DNA from: Candidatus Methanomethylophilaceae archaeon
GTDB taxonomy: Archaea; Thermoplasmatota; Thermoplasmata; Methanomassiliicoccales; Methanomethylophilaceae
Assembly: GCA_050950505.1 (NCBI GenBank)
Contig: JBMNHS010000001.1
Location: forward strand, 93,687 to 157,686
DNA: 64,000 nt
Reading direction: 5' to 3'
Under the pieces are notes generated by a model, which was given only the letters and a program-made list of their open reading frames with translations, did no database searches and had not been told where the DNA came from. Shown here piece by piece: positions 1 through 8,962 of this stretch. The position numbers and the translations under genes are program-made. Every line of letters starts with the position of its first letter. Position 1 is the stretch's first letter.

Positions 1-43
1 GGGAATCCCGCGATTGAAACATCTTACCCTGTTTTCAAATCGT

Positions 44-901
44 TCATTCCATACGGGGTTCGCTGTTGTCCATCAGTCTCTGATTCAGAGCCGCGGCGTC
101 CTCGTCGGGCAGCATCATGGTGGCGGCTTCCATCAGGGGGTGTTTGGAACCTTCGATGATTTTAATGTCGTCCAAAGTCCTGAGGCCCCACTTTTCGGCC
201 GTCTTTTCAAGACCCAGTTTAATGTCCAGGTTGTTGGGTTCCAAAACCACTGCTTTGAAAGAGGTCTGTCCCATTTTCTTTGCGGCCATCACTCTGTGGT
301 GTCCGTCGACAACAAGATAACCGTTCCTTCTCTGAATGGCGATGATTGGTTCGTTGAGGCCGCGTTTGATTTCGTACTGCCTTCCGATGAGTTCGTCCAT
401 GTAAACTTCCTTCTGGGAAGGCAAGAGTCTGTTCATGGGAATGTCCCGGTTCACGATTTTCATTCTGATGTTGTTCTGCTGCTCAAGGAAATTCTTGACC
501 ATCATCACTTTGCCCGGTCGGGATTTTTCGATTTGGGATCTCACGATGTCTATGTTTGAGATTATCCCCACGAGTTTTCTGTTCTCATCCACCACCGGCA
601 GATTCCTGAGCCCGTATCTGAAAAGAATCCTCGTGGCGTCTTCGATGGCCATGGACGGAACGGCACACAGAGTACCCCGGTTCATGACTTCCCGCATCTT
701 CGCATCGGGGGTATCGATGTGTTTCAGAAGTTCTTTGGCGGTGATGAACCCCAGCAGATATCCGTTTTCGGCAATGGGAAAACCGTGAAAACTCGATGAG
801 ATTATCTTCTCCCTGACCTCTCTGACGGTCATGCTGGGGGATACGGTCAAAACGTCCCTGATCATATATTCTGCAACTACGGGTCCAGTCAATTCATCCA
901 C
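44..901 (-). CDS. CBS-pair domain protein fused to a ParB/sulfiredoxin-like domain
   Basis: 285-aa ORF. The N-terminal half has tandem CBS-like segments (MIRDVLTV..., LPVVDENRKLVGIISNIDIV). The C-terminal half carries the ParB-fold motif LVVDGHHRVMAAKKMG. TGA stop. Confidence 0.8.
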   Translation of the reverse strand: MDELTGPVVAEYMIRDVLTVSPSMTVREVREKIISSSFHGFPIAENGYLLGFITAKELLKHIDTPDAKMREVMNRGTLCAVPSMAIEDATRILFRYGLRNLPVVDENRKLVGIISNIDIVRSQIEKSRPGKVMMVKNFLEQQNNIRMKIVNRDIPMNRLLPSQKEVYMDELIGRQYEIKRGLNEPIIAIQRRNGYLVVDGHHRVMAAKKMGQTSFKAVVLEPNNLDIKLGLEKTAEKWGLRTLDDIKIIEGSKHPLMEAATMMLPDEDAAALNQRLMDNSEPRME

Positions 902-1014
902 TCCGGAACGGGTATGTACGGATACAGAACATTAAACTTATGAGGTTATCTGGCCGCACAGGCCGAAATCGTCTGATAACCTTATATATTGTTTCATATT
1001 TATGAGTCAATTAC

Positions 1015-1090
1015 GCCCCGGTAGTGTAGTGGCCTATCATGGAGCCCTGTCGAGGCTCCGACCCGGATTCAAATTCCGGCCGGGGCGCCA
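1015..1090 (+). tRNA. tRNA-Asp (GUC), CCA encoded
   Basis: 76 nt. Acceptor GCCCCGG/CCGGGGC, anticodon arm GAGCC-CUGUCGA-GGCUC (anticodon GUC), T-arm CCGGA-UUCAAAU-UCCGG, discriminator G followed by CCA. Confidence 0.93.
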
Positions 1091-1104
1091 CTTTTACACA
1101 AATT

Positions 1105-1899
1105 TCATGATTGTTGGCTGTTTGTCGCCGACCCGTACATCAAAACCATGTTTTTGCCGGTTTTCGGATCCTTCGTCAATTCGGCTTCAACATTGAACAC
1201 CGTGCGCATGTTTTCCGAAGTGAGGACATCTTCCGTTTTCCCCATATCATGAATTTTGTGATTGTGGATCATCATTATTCTGTCGCAGTACCGGGCGGCC
1301 ATCGATAAATCGTGAGACACTATCACCACGGTGAGTCCTTCTTCTTTGGACAGGGCGTGAATCAAATCCAGTATGTCGAACTGCGCGCTTATGTCCAAAT
1401 GCAGCGTGGGTTCGTCCATCAGCAATATTTTCGGAGTCTGGGCGAGGGCCCTCGCAATGATTACTTTCTGCCGTTCTCCGCCGCTCATGGTGTTGATGTA
1501 CCGTTCCGCCATATTGGAAATTCCGGCCTTTTCGATGGCGTCGTCGATTATTGCTATGTCGTCATAGGAATCTCCCTGAAACGCTTCCTGGAAGGGCATT
1601 CTTCCCATGGAAACTATTTCCCTCACGGTAAACGAGAATTTGATTTCGTTGGTTTGAGGTATAACGGCAATTTCCCGGGCGATTTCTTTCTTTTTCAGAT
1701 CTTCCAGATCCGTGTCGTGAATCATCACGCATCCCCCTTTGGGACGGAGATTTTTGTTCAGGTTGCCCAACAGAGTGGTTTTTCCGCAACCGTTGGGGCC
1801 GATGATTCCCAGGATCTCCCCCTGAACGAGATCGAAATTTATGTTTTCCAGCACCGGTTTTTCTTTGTAACTGTAACTGAGGTCTTTTGTGCGCAACAT
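1105..1899 (-). CDS. ABC transporter ATP-binding protein (FepC/BtuD type)
   Basis: Walker A GPNGCGKTT, signature LSGGERQ-like MSGGERQKV, Walker B LLMDEPT. I place the start at MLRTKDL (1899). The longer track ORF to 2154 is an upstream read-through. The TGATG overlap with the permease stop indicates translational coupling. Confidence 0.9.
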   Translation of the reverse strand: MLRTKDLSYSYKEKPVLENINFDLVQGEILGIIGPNGCGKTTLLGNLNKNLRPKGGCVMIHDTDLEDLKKKEIAREIAVIPQTNEIKFSFTVREIVSMGRMPFQEAFQGDSYDDIAIIDDAIEKAGISNMAERYINTMSGGERQKVIIARALAQTPKILLMDEPTLHLDISAQFDILDLIHALSKEEGLTVVIVSHDLSMAARYCDRIMMIHNHKIHDMGKTEDVLTSENMRTVFNVEAELTKDPKTGKNMVLMYGSATNSQQS

Positions 1900-2909
1900 C
1901 ACCAACCGACCTCCCTCTTCCGCCTGCGGAGCAGGTATATGAAGTACGGAGCGCCGATGAGGGCCGTCAGTATGCCGACGGGCAACACGCCCAACGACTG
2001 AGCGATTATGTGGGCAAGGTAATCGCATCCCACCAGAAACACCCCTCCCGCCAGGAAGGAAATCGGAATCAGGGTCCGGTTGTCCGGGCCTATGAGAATT
2101 CTCATGATGTGGGGTATGACCAAGCCGACAAAACCTATGGTTCCCACAAAACACACGGCGGCGGCGGTAAGCATCGAAACGAAAACCAGCAGAGTGAGTC
2201 TTACTTTCTTCACATCCACGCCCAGATTCATGGCGTGGGCGTCACCCATCATCATGGCGTTGATTTCTTTGGAATAATACGTTGCGACGGAGACTCCGAT
2301 TGCCACCAAGGGTATCACGATCATGATTTCCGTCCATCTCACTCCGGAAAGGCTGCCCATTCCCCAGAAGACTATGTCGGCGAGTTTCTCGCCCGCCATA
2401 TACGTCAGCAGAGACACCAGGGCCTGCAACAGGGCGCCGACGGCAATACCCGCAAGAAGCAAAGTTTCCATATGGGTTTCGTTGCCGACTCTGGCAAGTC
2501 TGTAAACCAGCAACATCGTTCCCATGCAGGCTATGAAGGCAAACAGAGGAACGGTCAGCATCAGGGCGGTGGAGGTTGCGACGAACATCATCGCGGTTGC
2601 GGCGCCCAAGGACGCTCCCGAAGAAAGACCGAGGATATACGGCGAAGCCATGGGATTTCTGAAAAGAGCCTGCATGACGGCACCGGAAACGGCCAACGCG
2701 CCTCCCACGAGCAGACCCATGACGACTCGGGTGGCGTTGATGTCCACCACAATCGTGCGGTATGTGCTGTTTTTGACGAAAATAGCGGTCAGAACTTCTT
2801 CAAAGGACAGCCACCACAACGGTGCGTATATCAATTCCAGATAAGCGAAGACGGCAAAAGCGGCGACTAAAACCGCTACGGTGAGAGCCACTTTTGTTTT
2901 CTTGTCCAT
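1899..2909 (-). CDS. FecCD/BtuC-family ABC permease
   Basis: 336-aa polytopic membrane protein with the typical FecCD core (RNPMASPYILGLSSGASLG, LAGIAVGALL, GAPYFIYLL). Confidence 0.9.
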   Translation of the reverse strand: MDKKTKVALTVAVLVAAFAVFAYLELIYAPLWWLSFEEVLTAIFVKNSTYRTIVVDINATRVVMGLLVGGALAVSGAVMQALFRNPMASPYILGLSSGASLGAATAMMFVATSTALMLTVPLFAFIACMGTMLLVYRLARVGNETHMETLLLAGIAVGALLQALVSLLTYMAGEKLADIVFWGMGSLSGVRWTEIMIVIPLVAIGVSVATYYSKEINAMMMGDAHAMNLGVDVKKVRLTLLVFVSMLTAAAVCFVGTIGFVGLVIPHIMRILIGPDNRTLIPISFLAGGVFLVGCDYLAHIIAQSLGVLPVGILTALIGAPYFIYLLRRRKREVGW

Positions 2910-2974
2910 CGTCCGGAATCTCCTGTGAATAAAAAGACGGTAAGATGTTTGTTTTAAATCTTTTTAAACTCCGA

Positions 2975-4039
2975 TCAGGGTTTTCTCATGACGAACAGTC
3001 CGATCAGCACTATGATGAACATGGCACCGGCGGTCAGGATCTTCTCGCTGTTTATGTAGAAAATATCCATCACGGATTGGGTGTGGTCGTATTCCTCAAT
3101 CATCGCATCCGAAACCACGGTCAGTCCTTCAGCCGCGGAAGGACAGTAATTGTTCCAGTCGGCATCCATTTTTATGACGACGATGGAGGCGGTTCTGAGA
3201 ACGTTCTTCTGGAACTCTTTTTCGGACATCGGATAGTTTCCGTCAAGGAATATCACGTCCGGGTTGAGCTGCAGAATCAGGGATGCTTCGGCCTCGTAGT
3301 AATTGGCGGACACGTTGGAATTGTATCCTATGTTGTTTCCGCCCGCCAATTCAATCATGCTGACGGCTATCCCTTTGTTGTAGACTCTGAGCTTGCCCTG
3401 ATATTCGTTTACGTACATTGCGTTGACTTTGTTCTCATCGTCGATTTCACCGGCTCTGTCCGTGGCGAGGTCGAAAGCGTCATACATTTTTTCCAGGGCC
3501 TCGGCGGATTCCTTTCCGATCAGAATTGCGATGTTTTCCACAATGTCCAGCACTTCGTTGTAAGTGTAGGCACCGAAACAGAGAACTTTGAATCCGTCGG
3601 CTTCCAGCATTTCTCTGGTGCCTCCGGCCGCTATGGTTCCGGAATAGTCGTTAATGATGATTACGTCGGTATCGAGGTTGAATTTACCGCTCTGCTCCAC
3701 CTGAACCATGGTGCTGTAAATGTAATCCTTATTCGTCGAATAGGAAGAACCCGCGTTCACGGCTTCGATTCCCGATTCCTTTGCAAAATCGTCGGAATAG
3801 GAATCGTAAGCGACTATCATGTCTTTGCCGCCGAGTTCAACGACGGTTTTCGTGAATCCGTATCCCAGTGTGGCCACCTTTTCGGCGGGGGCGTCCAAAG
3901 TCAGCGTGTAGCCCGTTGAGTCGGTGACGGTGATTGAGTCCGCGTATGCGTCGTCGATGTTCACTGCAAACCCGAAGGCCGAGAATATGAATACCGCGGC
4001 GATTGACGCTACGGTTACACTTTTGAAAATGTTGTTCAT
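2975..4039 (-). CDS. ABC substrate-binding protein (BtuF/FhuD-like class) with N-terminal signal anchor and C-terminal TM anchor
   Basis: 354 aa with an N-terminal hydrophobic segment, a periplasmic-binding-protein-like core (PDVIFLDG...) and a C-terminal hydrophobic tail AGAMFIIVLIGLFVMRKP. It lies upstream of the permease and ATPase on the same strand. Confidence 0.75.
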   Translation of the reverse strand: MNNIFKSVTVASIAAVFIFSAFGFAVNIDDAYADSITVTDSTGYTLTLDAPAEKVATLGYGFTKTVVELGGKDMIVAYDSYSDDFAKESGIEAVNAGSSYSTNKDYIYSTMVQVEQSGKFNLDTDVIIINDYSGTIAAGGTREMLEADGFKVLCFGAYTYNEVLDIVENIAILIGKESAEALEKMYDAFDLATDRAGEIDDENKVNAMYVNEYQGKLRVYNKGIAVSMIELAGGNNIGYNSNVSANYYEAEASLILQLNPDVIFLDGNYPMSEKEFQKNVLRTASIVVIKMDADWNNYCPSAAEGLTVVSDAMIEEYDHTQSVMDIFYINSEKILTAGAMFIIVLIGLFVMRKP

Positions 4040-4183
4040 GGTATCAAAAAAACATAATTCTTACTGACTACTTATGCGTTATTATTAAAAAAGTAATACT
4101 CAGGAGGTTTTACGACAAACGGCGTACGATATATTCGCACAGGAAGGGAAAGTATCTTTAATCAGTAAAGTCGAATCGGGTTC

Positions 4184-4522
4184 ATGCGTTGGATGCTGAG
4201 AGGCAAGATTCACCGCGCTACGGTAACGGATGCCAACCTGGATTACGAAGGCAGCATCACCATAGACGGGGAACTTCTTGATTCCGCAGGCCTGTGGGAA
4301 GGCGAAAAGGTTACCATAGCCGACATCACCAACGGAAACCGCTTCGAAACTTACACCATACGCGGAGAGGACGGATCCGGTGAAATTTGCATAAACGGTG
4401 CCGCCGCACATCTGTGCAAGAAAGGCGATTTGGTAATAATCATGGGATATGAGCTTACCGACAGGCCCATCAAGGCGACCGTCGTCCTTGTGGATGAATC
4501 GAACAAGCCGGTGAGGGGTTGA
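4184..4522 (+). CDS. panD: Aspartate 1-decarboxylase, pyruvoyl-dependent (bacterial PanD type)
   Basis: Collinear with what I recall of E. coli PanD: [12 protein letters not shown], the self-cleavage site [14 protein letters not shown] and INGAAAH. Confidence 0.9.
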   Translation: MRWMLRGKIHRATVTDANLDYEGSITIDGELLDSAGLWEGEKVTIADITNGNRFETYTIRGEDGSGEICINGAAAHLCKKGDLVIIMGYELTDRPIKATVVLVDESNKPVRG

Positions 4523-4926
4523 TTCTGAGGATTTATTCCGACGGGGGTTCCAGGGGAAACCCGGGGCCTTCCGCTTACGGGGTGGTAGTTACCGAAGGCA
4601 GTAAGGTCATTCACGAAGAGTCCGGATTTTTAGGCAGGATGACGAACAACCAAGCCGAGTACCGAGGACTCATCGCGGGAATAGGCAAAGCCCTGGAACT
4701 GGGCGCGGAAGAGGCAGAGTTCATTATGGATTCCCAGCTTGTCATCAAACAGATGAGGGGGGAATACAGAGTGAAGGCTCCCGGCCTCGTTGAATTGCAC
4801 AATGACGCAAAAAACCTGAGTTCACTGATTCCGAAAGTGAAATTCATCAACGTACGCCGTCACGAACTTTTGATTCCGAGAGCCGATGAGCTCGTCAATG
4901 CCGAACTGGACAGACATCAGGATTGA
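4519..4926 (+). CDS. rnhA: Ribonuclease HI (type 1 RNase H)
   Basis: Contains the DEDD-type motifs [22 protein letters not shown] and ADELVN. The start is TTG at 4519, overlapping the panD stop by 4 nt, and is uncertain. Confidence 0.8.
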   Translation: MILRIYSDGGSRGNPGPSAYGVVVTEGSKVIHEESGFLGRMTNNQAEYRGLIAGIGKALELGAEEAEFIMDSQLVIKQMRGEYRVKAPGLVELHNDAKNLSSLIPKVKFINVRRHELLIPRADELVNAELDRHQD

Positions 4927-6164
4927 ATTCTGCCGATAAGTTCCGAAATGGGAACAAGAGTTTGTTCGCCGGAGGACATGTCCCTCAGCGTGACCGAATC
5001 GGATTCCAGTTCCTTTGTGCCCACAATCACGGCCTGCCGGGCGCCCACGGATGAAGCATGCTTCATCGCTTTGCCCATTTTTCTTCCCATAATGTCGGTG
5101 TCGCAGGAAATTCCGGCTTTTCTCAGCATGGCGGTGATTTCCGCGGCTTCGGAACGGACGTCGTCCGAAACCGGAACCACGTAAGCGTCGATTCCTTCGT
5201 TTTCGTATTCCAATCCTTCTTTTTCCAAGGCAAGAAGAATTCTGTCAAAACCTATCGCGAATCCCGTGGAAAACACGTCTTCCCCTCCGAAAAGTTCCGA
5301 TAATGAATAGGAACCTCCTCCGAGAATCTGTTTTTCGGCTCCCAAAGCGGGGGCTTCGGCTTCGAAAACCACGCCGGTGTAATAATCCAATCCCCTGACT
5401 ACGCCCAAATCGATGTCAAAGTCTTCGATGCCCATTGCGGTCAGACGGGAAACCAAAGATCTCAGATAGTCTCCCGCATCGCCGGGGACTCTGTCCAGAA
5501 CTTCGATTCCGCCGACGGTATCGGTGAATTCGAAAATTCCGTCCATGACCTCCCGGTCAACTCCGGCGGCTTCCATCAACGGAACGGCTTCTTCGTAAGC
5601 TTTCTTGTCAAGTTTCTGAAGAATTTCCGCCAGGTTTCCGTCAGGTATGCCGGCCTCTTTCAGTTTCTGTCTGAGAACCCCTATGTGTCCCACCTTCAGC
5701 CTGAAATCTTTCAGACCGAGTTCTTCGATCATCGCCGCCGCGAGGGCTATCGCTTCCGCATCGGTGTCCGGAGTCGCCGAACCTATGAGTTCGGCCCCGA
5801 ACTGGAAGAATTCCCGGTATCTGCCGCTCTGCGGCCGTTCATATCTGAAACACTGGCCGAAGTAAAACAGCTTGATGGGCTTGGGATCGTTGCTCATGCT
5901 GTTCACGAACATTCTGATCGTGGGCGCCGTCAGTTCGGGACGGAGGGCTATCTCACGGTCCCCTTTGTCCCTGAAAGCATAAAGTTCGTCCACGATGTTG
6001 GGTCCGCTTCTCAATATGAACAGTTCGGAATCTTCAAAAATCGGCGTGGCCGTTTCTCTGAATCCGAATCTTTTCGCGACGGACCTGAGCTTTCCCTCAT
6101 AGTGTCTGCGTCTTTCCATTTCGTCCGGAAGAAAATCCCTTGTGCCGCGTGGACGTTGGATCAT
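4917..6164 (-). CDS. hisS: Histidyl-tRNA synthetase
   Basis: 415 aa. Class II HisRS motifs: PRGTRDFLP, FRYERPQSGRYREFFQFG, GGGSY and a C-terminal anticodon-binding domain. Confidence 0.95.
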   Translation of the reverse strand: MIQRPRGTRDFLPDEMERRRHYEGKLRSVAKRFGFRETATPIFEDSELFILRSGPNIVDELYAFRDKGDREIALRPELTAPTIRMFVNSMSNDPKPIKLFYFGQCFRYERPQSGRYREFFQFGAELIGSATPDTDAEAIALAAAMIEELGLKDFRLKVGHIGVLRQKLKEAGIPDGNLAEILQKLDKKAYEEAVPLMEAAGVDREVMDGIFEFTDTVGGIEVLDRVPGDAGDYLRSLVSRLTAMGIEDFDIDLGVVRGLDYYTGVVFEAEAPALGAEKQILGGGSYSLSELFGGEDVFSTGFAIGFDRILLALEKEGLEYENEGIDAYVVPVSDDVRSEAAEITAMLRKAGISCDTDIMGRKMGKAMKHASSVGARQAVIVGTKELESDSVTLRDMSSGEQTLVPISELIGRIQS

Positions 6165-6276
6165 AATAATCGCTTATACGGAAATTGATAATAAACGTGT
6201 TGTTCGGATTTTGACCGGATTCCGATTCCGATATCAAAGAAAATATTGAAGTAAATGGTTTGAAAAGATCGATCAA

Positions 6277-6504
6277 TCACTTCTTTGTCAGATAAAACGA
6301 GAGAACGATCGCCGAAAGAACTATCACCGAAGCGAAGGCCAAATCGAAAACTTCCACAACGTATTCGGTCTCTTCTTCGGCATCGTCGTCAGGGTCCGCC
6401 GCATACGCTTCGTCCGTCACGTCTCCGATTGCCCCGAATACGAGCAACGAAAGCACCGCGGCCGAGAACATCATGAGTGCTACTTTGTTTTTGTTCATAG
6501 TCAT
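6277..6504 (-). CDS. Small hypothetical membrane protein (two hydrophobic ends, acidic middle)
   Basis: 75-aa ORF with an N-terminal signal/TM segment, an acidic DPDDDAEEETEY stretch and a C-terminal TM segment. No recognisable family. Confidence 0.45.
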   Translation of the reverse strand: MTMNKNKVALMMFSAAVLSLLVFGAIGDVTDEAYAADPDDDAEEETEYVVEVFDLAFASVIVLSAIVLSFYLTKK

Positions 6505-6571
6505 CCATACCTTCAGGGTATTATATTACTGTGGATAGAAGTGTCTGAATTTAAACGCAACGTTTCGGAAT

Positions 6572-7672
6572 TCACCTTTTCACGATGATTGTAACGATAT
6601 CCTCGTCTTCGACCACGTGATCCATTCCCACGGTCTGCCCCGGGAATTTTGCGCTTTTCCCCCATACCATCGCATACCGGAACTGGTTCCTGAAATCCCT
6701 GTGAATCTGTTCGCAGACGTCACCTATCGTATTGCCCCTTTTGACAATAAGGGGAATTTCCATGTCCGCTTCCTGTCCCTGAGGTTTCAGATAGACACGG
6801 ATCATGTCTATGGTTTCATACAAAGCCTGTTTCAGTTCTTCGATGCCGTATCCCGTGACCGCGGACACCGGCACAAGATGGAAATCCTTGTGAGTTTCCA
6901 GAACCGCTTCCAATTGCCCCGGAATCGCCATATCCACTTTGTTCACCGCCATCATGGATTTGATGTACACCCGGTTTCCGGAAAGAACGTCAAGCATCTG
7001 CTCCACGTCAATGTCCTCACGGACGACTACGGTTGCGTTTATGTGACCGTAGGCTATGGTCATGTCCCGGACTATCTCTTCGGTAATCTTGGTGAGTTTC
7101 AGCGTGGGTTTGACCACCACTCCGCCCTGTGAAGAATGGGTTATCACCACGTCGGGGGCTCTCTGATCCAGACGTATCCCCGAATCGTAAAGTTCCTTGA
7201 ACAGGACTTCGATGTTGGGGTTGAATATATCGATGACGAACAGAATGACATCCGAAGCTCTGGCCGCCGCTATGACTTCACGTCCGCGACCCTTTCCCCG
7301 GGATGCGTCTTTGATCAGACCGGGCATGTCCAGAATCTGTATTCTGGCATGATTGTATTCCAACACGCCCGGAACGATGTCCAGCGTCGTGAAGTGGTAA
7401 GCGCCCGTCTCCGACTTGGCTCCCGTGAGCTTGTTGAGCAAGGTTGATTTACCTACCGAAGGGAATCCTATCAGCGCGACGGTGGAATCCCCCGCTTTTT
7501 TGACATAGAATCCTTTGGTGTTGCCTTTTTTGGAGCGTCTCTTCTCCGCTTCTTCGGTAAGTTTGGCTATTTTGGCCTTAAGCTTGCCTATATGAGCTTG
7601 GGTGGCTTTGTTATACTTTGTGTTGGAGATTTCCTCTTCCAATTCTTTTATCTGTTCTTCAATGGTTGCCAC
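6572..7672 (-). CDS. DRG-family (Obg-like) GTPase with C-terminal TGS domain
   Basis: N-terminal coiled segment, G1 GFPSVGKST, G3 DMPGL, NKVD, and a C-terminal TGS-like end (GKSAKFPGQTVGMDHVVEDEDIVTI). Confidence 0.9.
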   Translation of the reverse strand: MATIEEQIKELEEEISNTKYNKATQAHIGKLKAKIAKLTEEAEKRRSKKGNTKGFYVKKAGDSTVALIGFPSVGKSTLLNKLTGAKSETGAYHFTTLDIVPGVLEYNHARIQILDMPGLIKDASRGKGRGREVIAAARASDVILFVIDIFNPNIEVLFKELYDSGIRLDQRAPDVVITHSSQGGVVVKPTLKLTKITEEIVRDMTIAYGHINATVVVREDIDVEQMLDVLSGNRVYIKSMMAVNKVDMAIPGQLEAVLETHKDFHLVPVSAVTGYGIEELKQALYETIDMIRVYLKPQGQEADMEIPLIVKRGNTIGDVCEQIHRDFRNQFRYAMVWGKSAKFPGQTVGMDHVVEDEDIVTIIVKR

Positions 7673-7785
7673 TTGCAGATCGTTCCTCTGATTGCCCCTT
7701 GATGTTTAAAGGTTATATTAGTTTTGGCAAATCCGAGAGAATATTTCTAGATACTTTTTAATCAGAGAATAGGTTACATTGCCTG

Positions 7786-8901
7786 ATGGTCGGAAATAAA
7801 CCGGATTTCATGATTAATTCTGAAAAGAAAACAAAGCTGAACAACAGGCAGGTATTGGGACTGGGTTTCGGTATTCTGATACCGCTTTGGCTGCTGGTGT
7901 CCGGTTATTTCAGATATTTGGGCGTGTTGTGGATGATAATTCTGCCCGTCATCCTTTATTTGGGCCCCCGCATCACCAAAGTCAGGGATTTGAAATACAT
8001 GATTGCCAACGGCGTGCTGTTCGCAGTCATAGCGATTCTCATCGGAGGTCTGTTCATGTCCCCGGCTTTGATCAATGACAACAACCAGTTCAGGGACGGC
8101 GGAATGTTCAAAGATGCCGTGATAACCCCGACGGAAACAGGATATTCCGTCACGGCGGAATACACCGGTGACGACCTGACACTCACTCCCGTTGCGTTTC
8201 TGATGCAGGTGGAGATGGCGGGATATTGGCTTCCATACGGCAAAGAAGGGGGCACTGAGACTTTTACTGGCACAATGTCCGGGAATACGGTTAGTTACGA
8301 CATAACCGCAAACGACAAGCTCTACATCATGTACTTCTACATGAACGATGACGATGGCGAAAAGGTCTCCGGATCTCAGTCGCCTTCGATGTTCCTGACA
8401 GAAAAAACCTCCTCTTCGGAATTCAACAGAGCGGTGTGGTTGGGAACCGTGTACATAGTCGGCGTCGTGGTGATTCTGTACTTGATGATTACACTGTTCA
8501 CCTATGCCATAAGGTCCAAGGCCAACAAAACCAGGGACCGTATGATTGAACAGGGAAGGTTGTATCCCGACGGATACGGAAGATGCAAAGAATGCGGCGC
8601 CATCGTTCTGCCCGGGGAGATCAGCTGTCTCAAATGCGGCGCTTACATCGACGTCCCCAAAGAACTCAGACCGCACAAAGTGGATTATTTCGAATGCGAA
8701 CAGTGCGGTGCCGAGGTTCCCGAAGATGCCGAAAGGTGTCCCAAATGCAATGCGGAGTTCGACGGATTCGAAGTCGAAGTGGTACGGACCGACGGCACCG
8801 TGGAAGTGGTTCAGGAAACTTTCGAATGTCCCGACTGCAAATCGGAAGTGCCGATTTCATCCAAAACCTGCCCCGTATGCGGAAGAACGTTCAGAAAATG
8901 A
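7786..8901 (+). CDS. Membrane protein with C-terminal triple zinc-ribbon region
   Basis: 371 aa. Several N-terminal TM segments plus a central extracytoplasmic segment. The C-terminal tail has three CxxC...CxxC pairs (CKECG..CLKCG, CEQCG..CPKCN, CPDCK..CPVCG). Confidence 0.6.
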   Translation: MVGNKPDFMINSEKKTKLNNRQVLGLGFGILIPLWLLVSGYFRYLGVLWMIILPVILYLGPRITKVRDLKYMIANGVLFAVIAILIGGLFMSPALINDNNQFRDGGMFKDAVITPTETGYSVTAEYTGDDLTLTPVAFLMQVEMAGYWLPYGKEGGTETFTGTMSGNTVSYDITANDKLYIMYFYMNDDDGEKVSGSQSPSMFLTEKTSSSEFNRAVWLGTVYIVGVVVILYLMITLFTYAIRSKANKTRDRMIEQGRLYPDGYGRCKECGAIVLPGEISCLKCGAYIDVPKELRPHKVDYFECEQCGAEVPEDAERCPKCNAEFDGFEVEVVRTDGTVEVVQETFECPDCKSEVPISSKTCPVCGRTFRK

Positions 8902-8962
8902 ATCCTTACGGGACATAAACACTGATAAAGATTAAAAGTGAATCAGTCATTCAAAGGTTCGG

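Noticed and set aside
1900-2154. N-terminal extensions of track ORFs. The main cases: 1105..2154 (ABC ATPase), 60033..60248 (LplA), 61432..61497 (GNAT), 27073..27171 (ACT protein), 27647..27664 (hom), 48410..48445, 23748..23813 and 36571..36591.
   Set aside because: The extensions overlap the preceding gene or have non-protein-like composition. Internal starts restore typical family N-termini, and often give ATGA/TGATG coupling or a sensible TATA distance.
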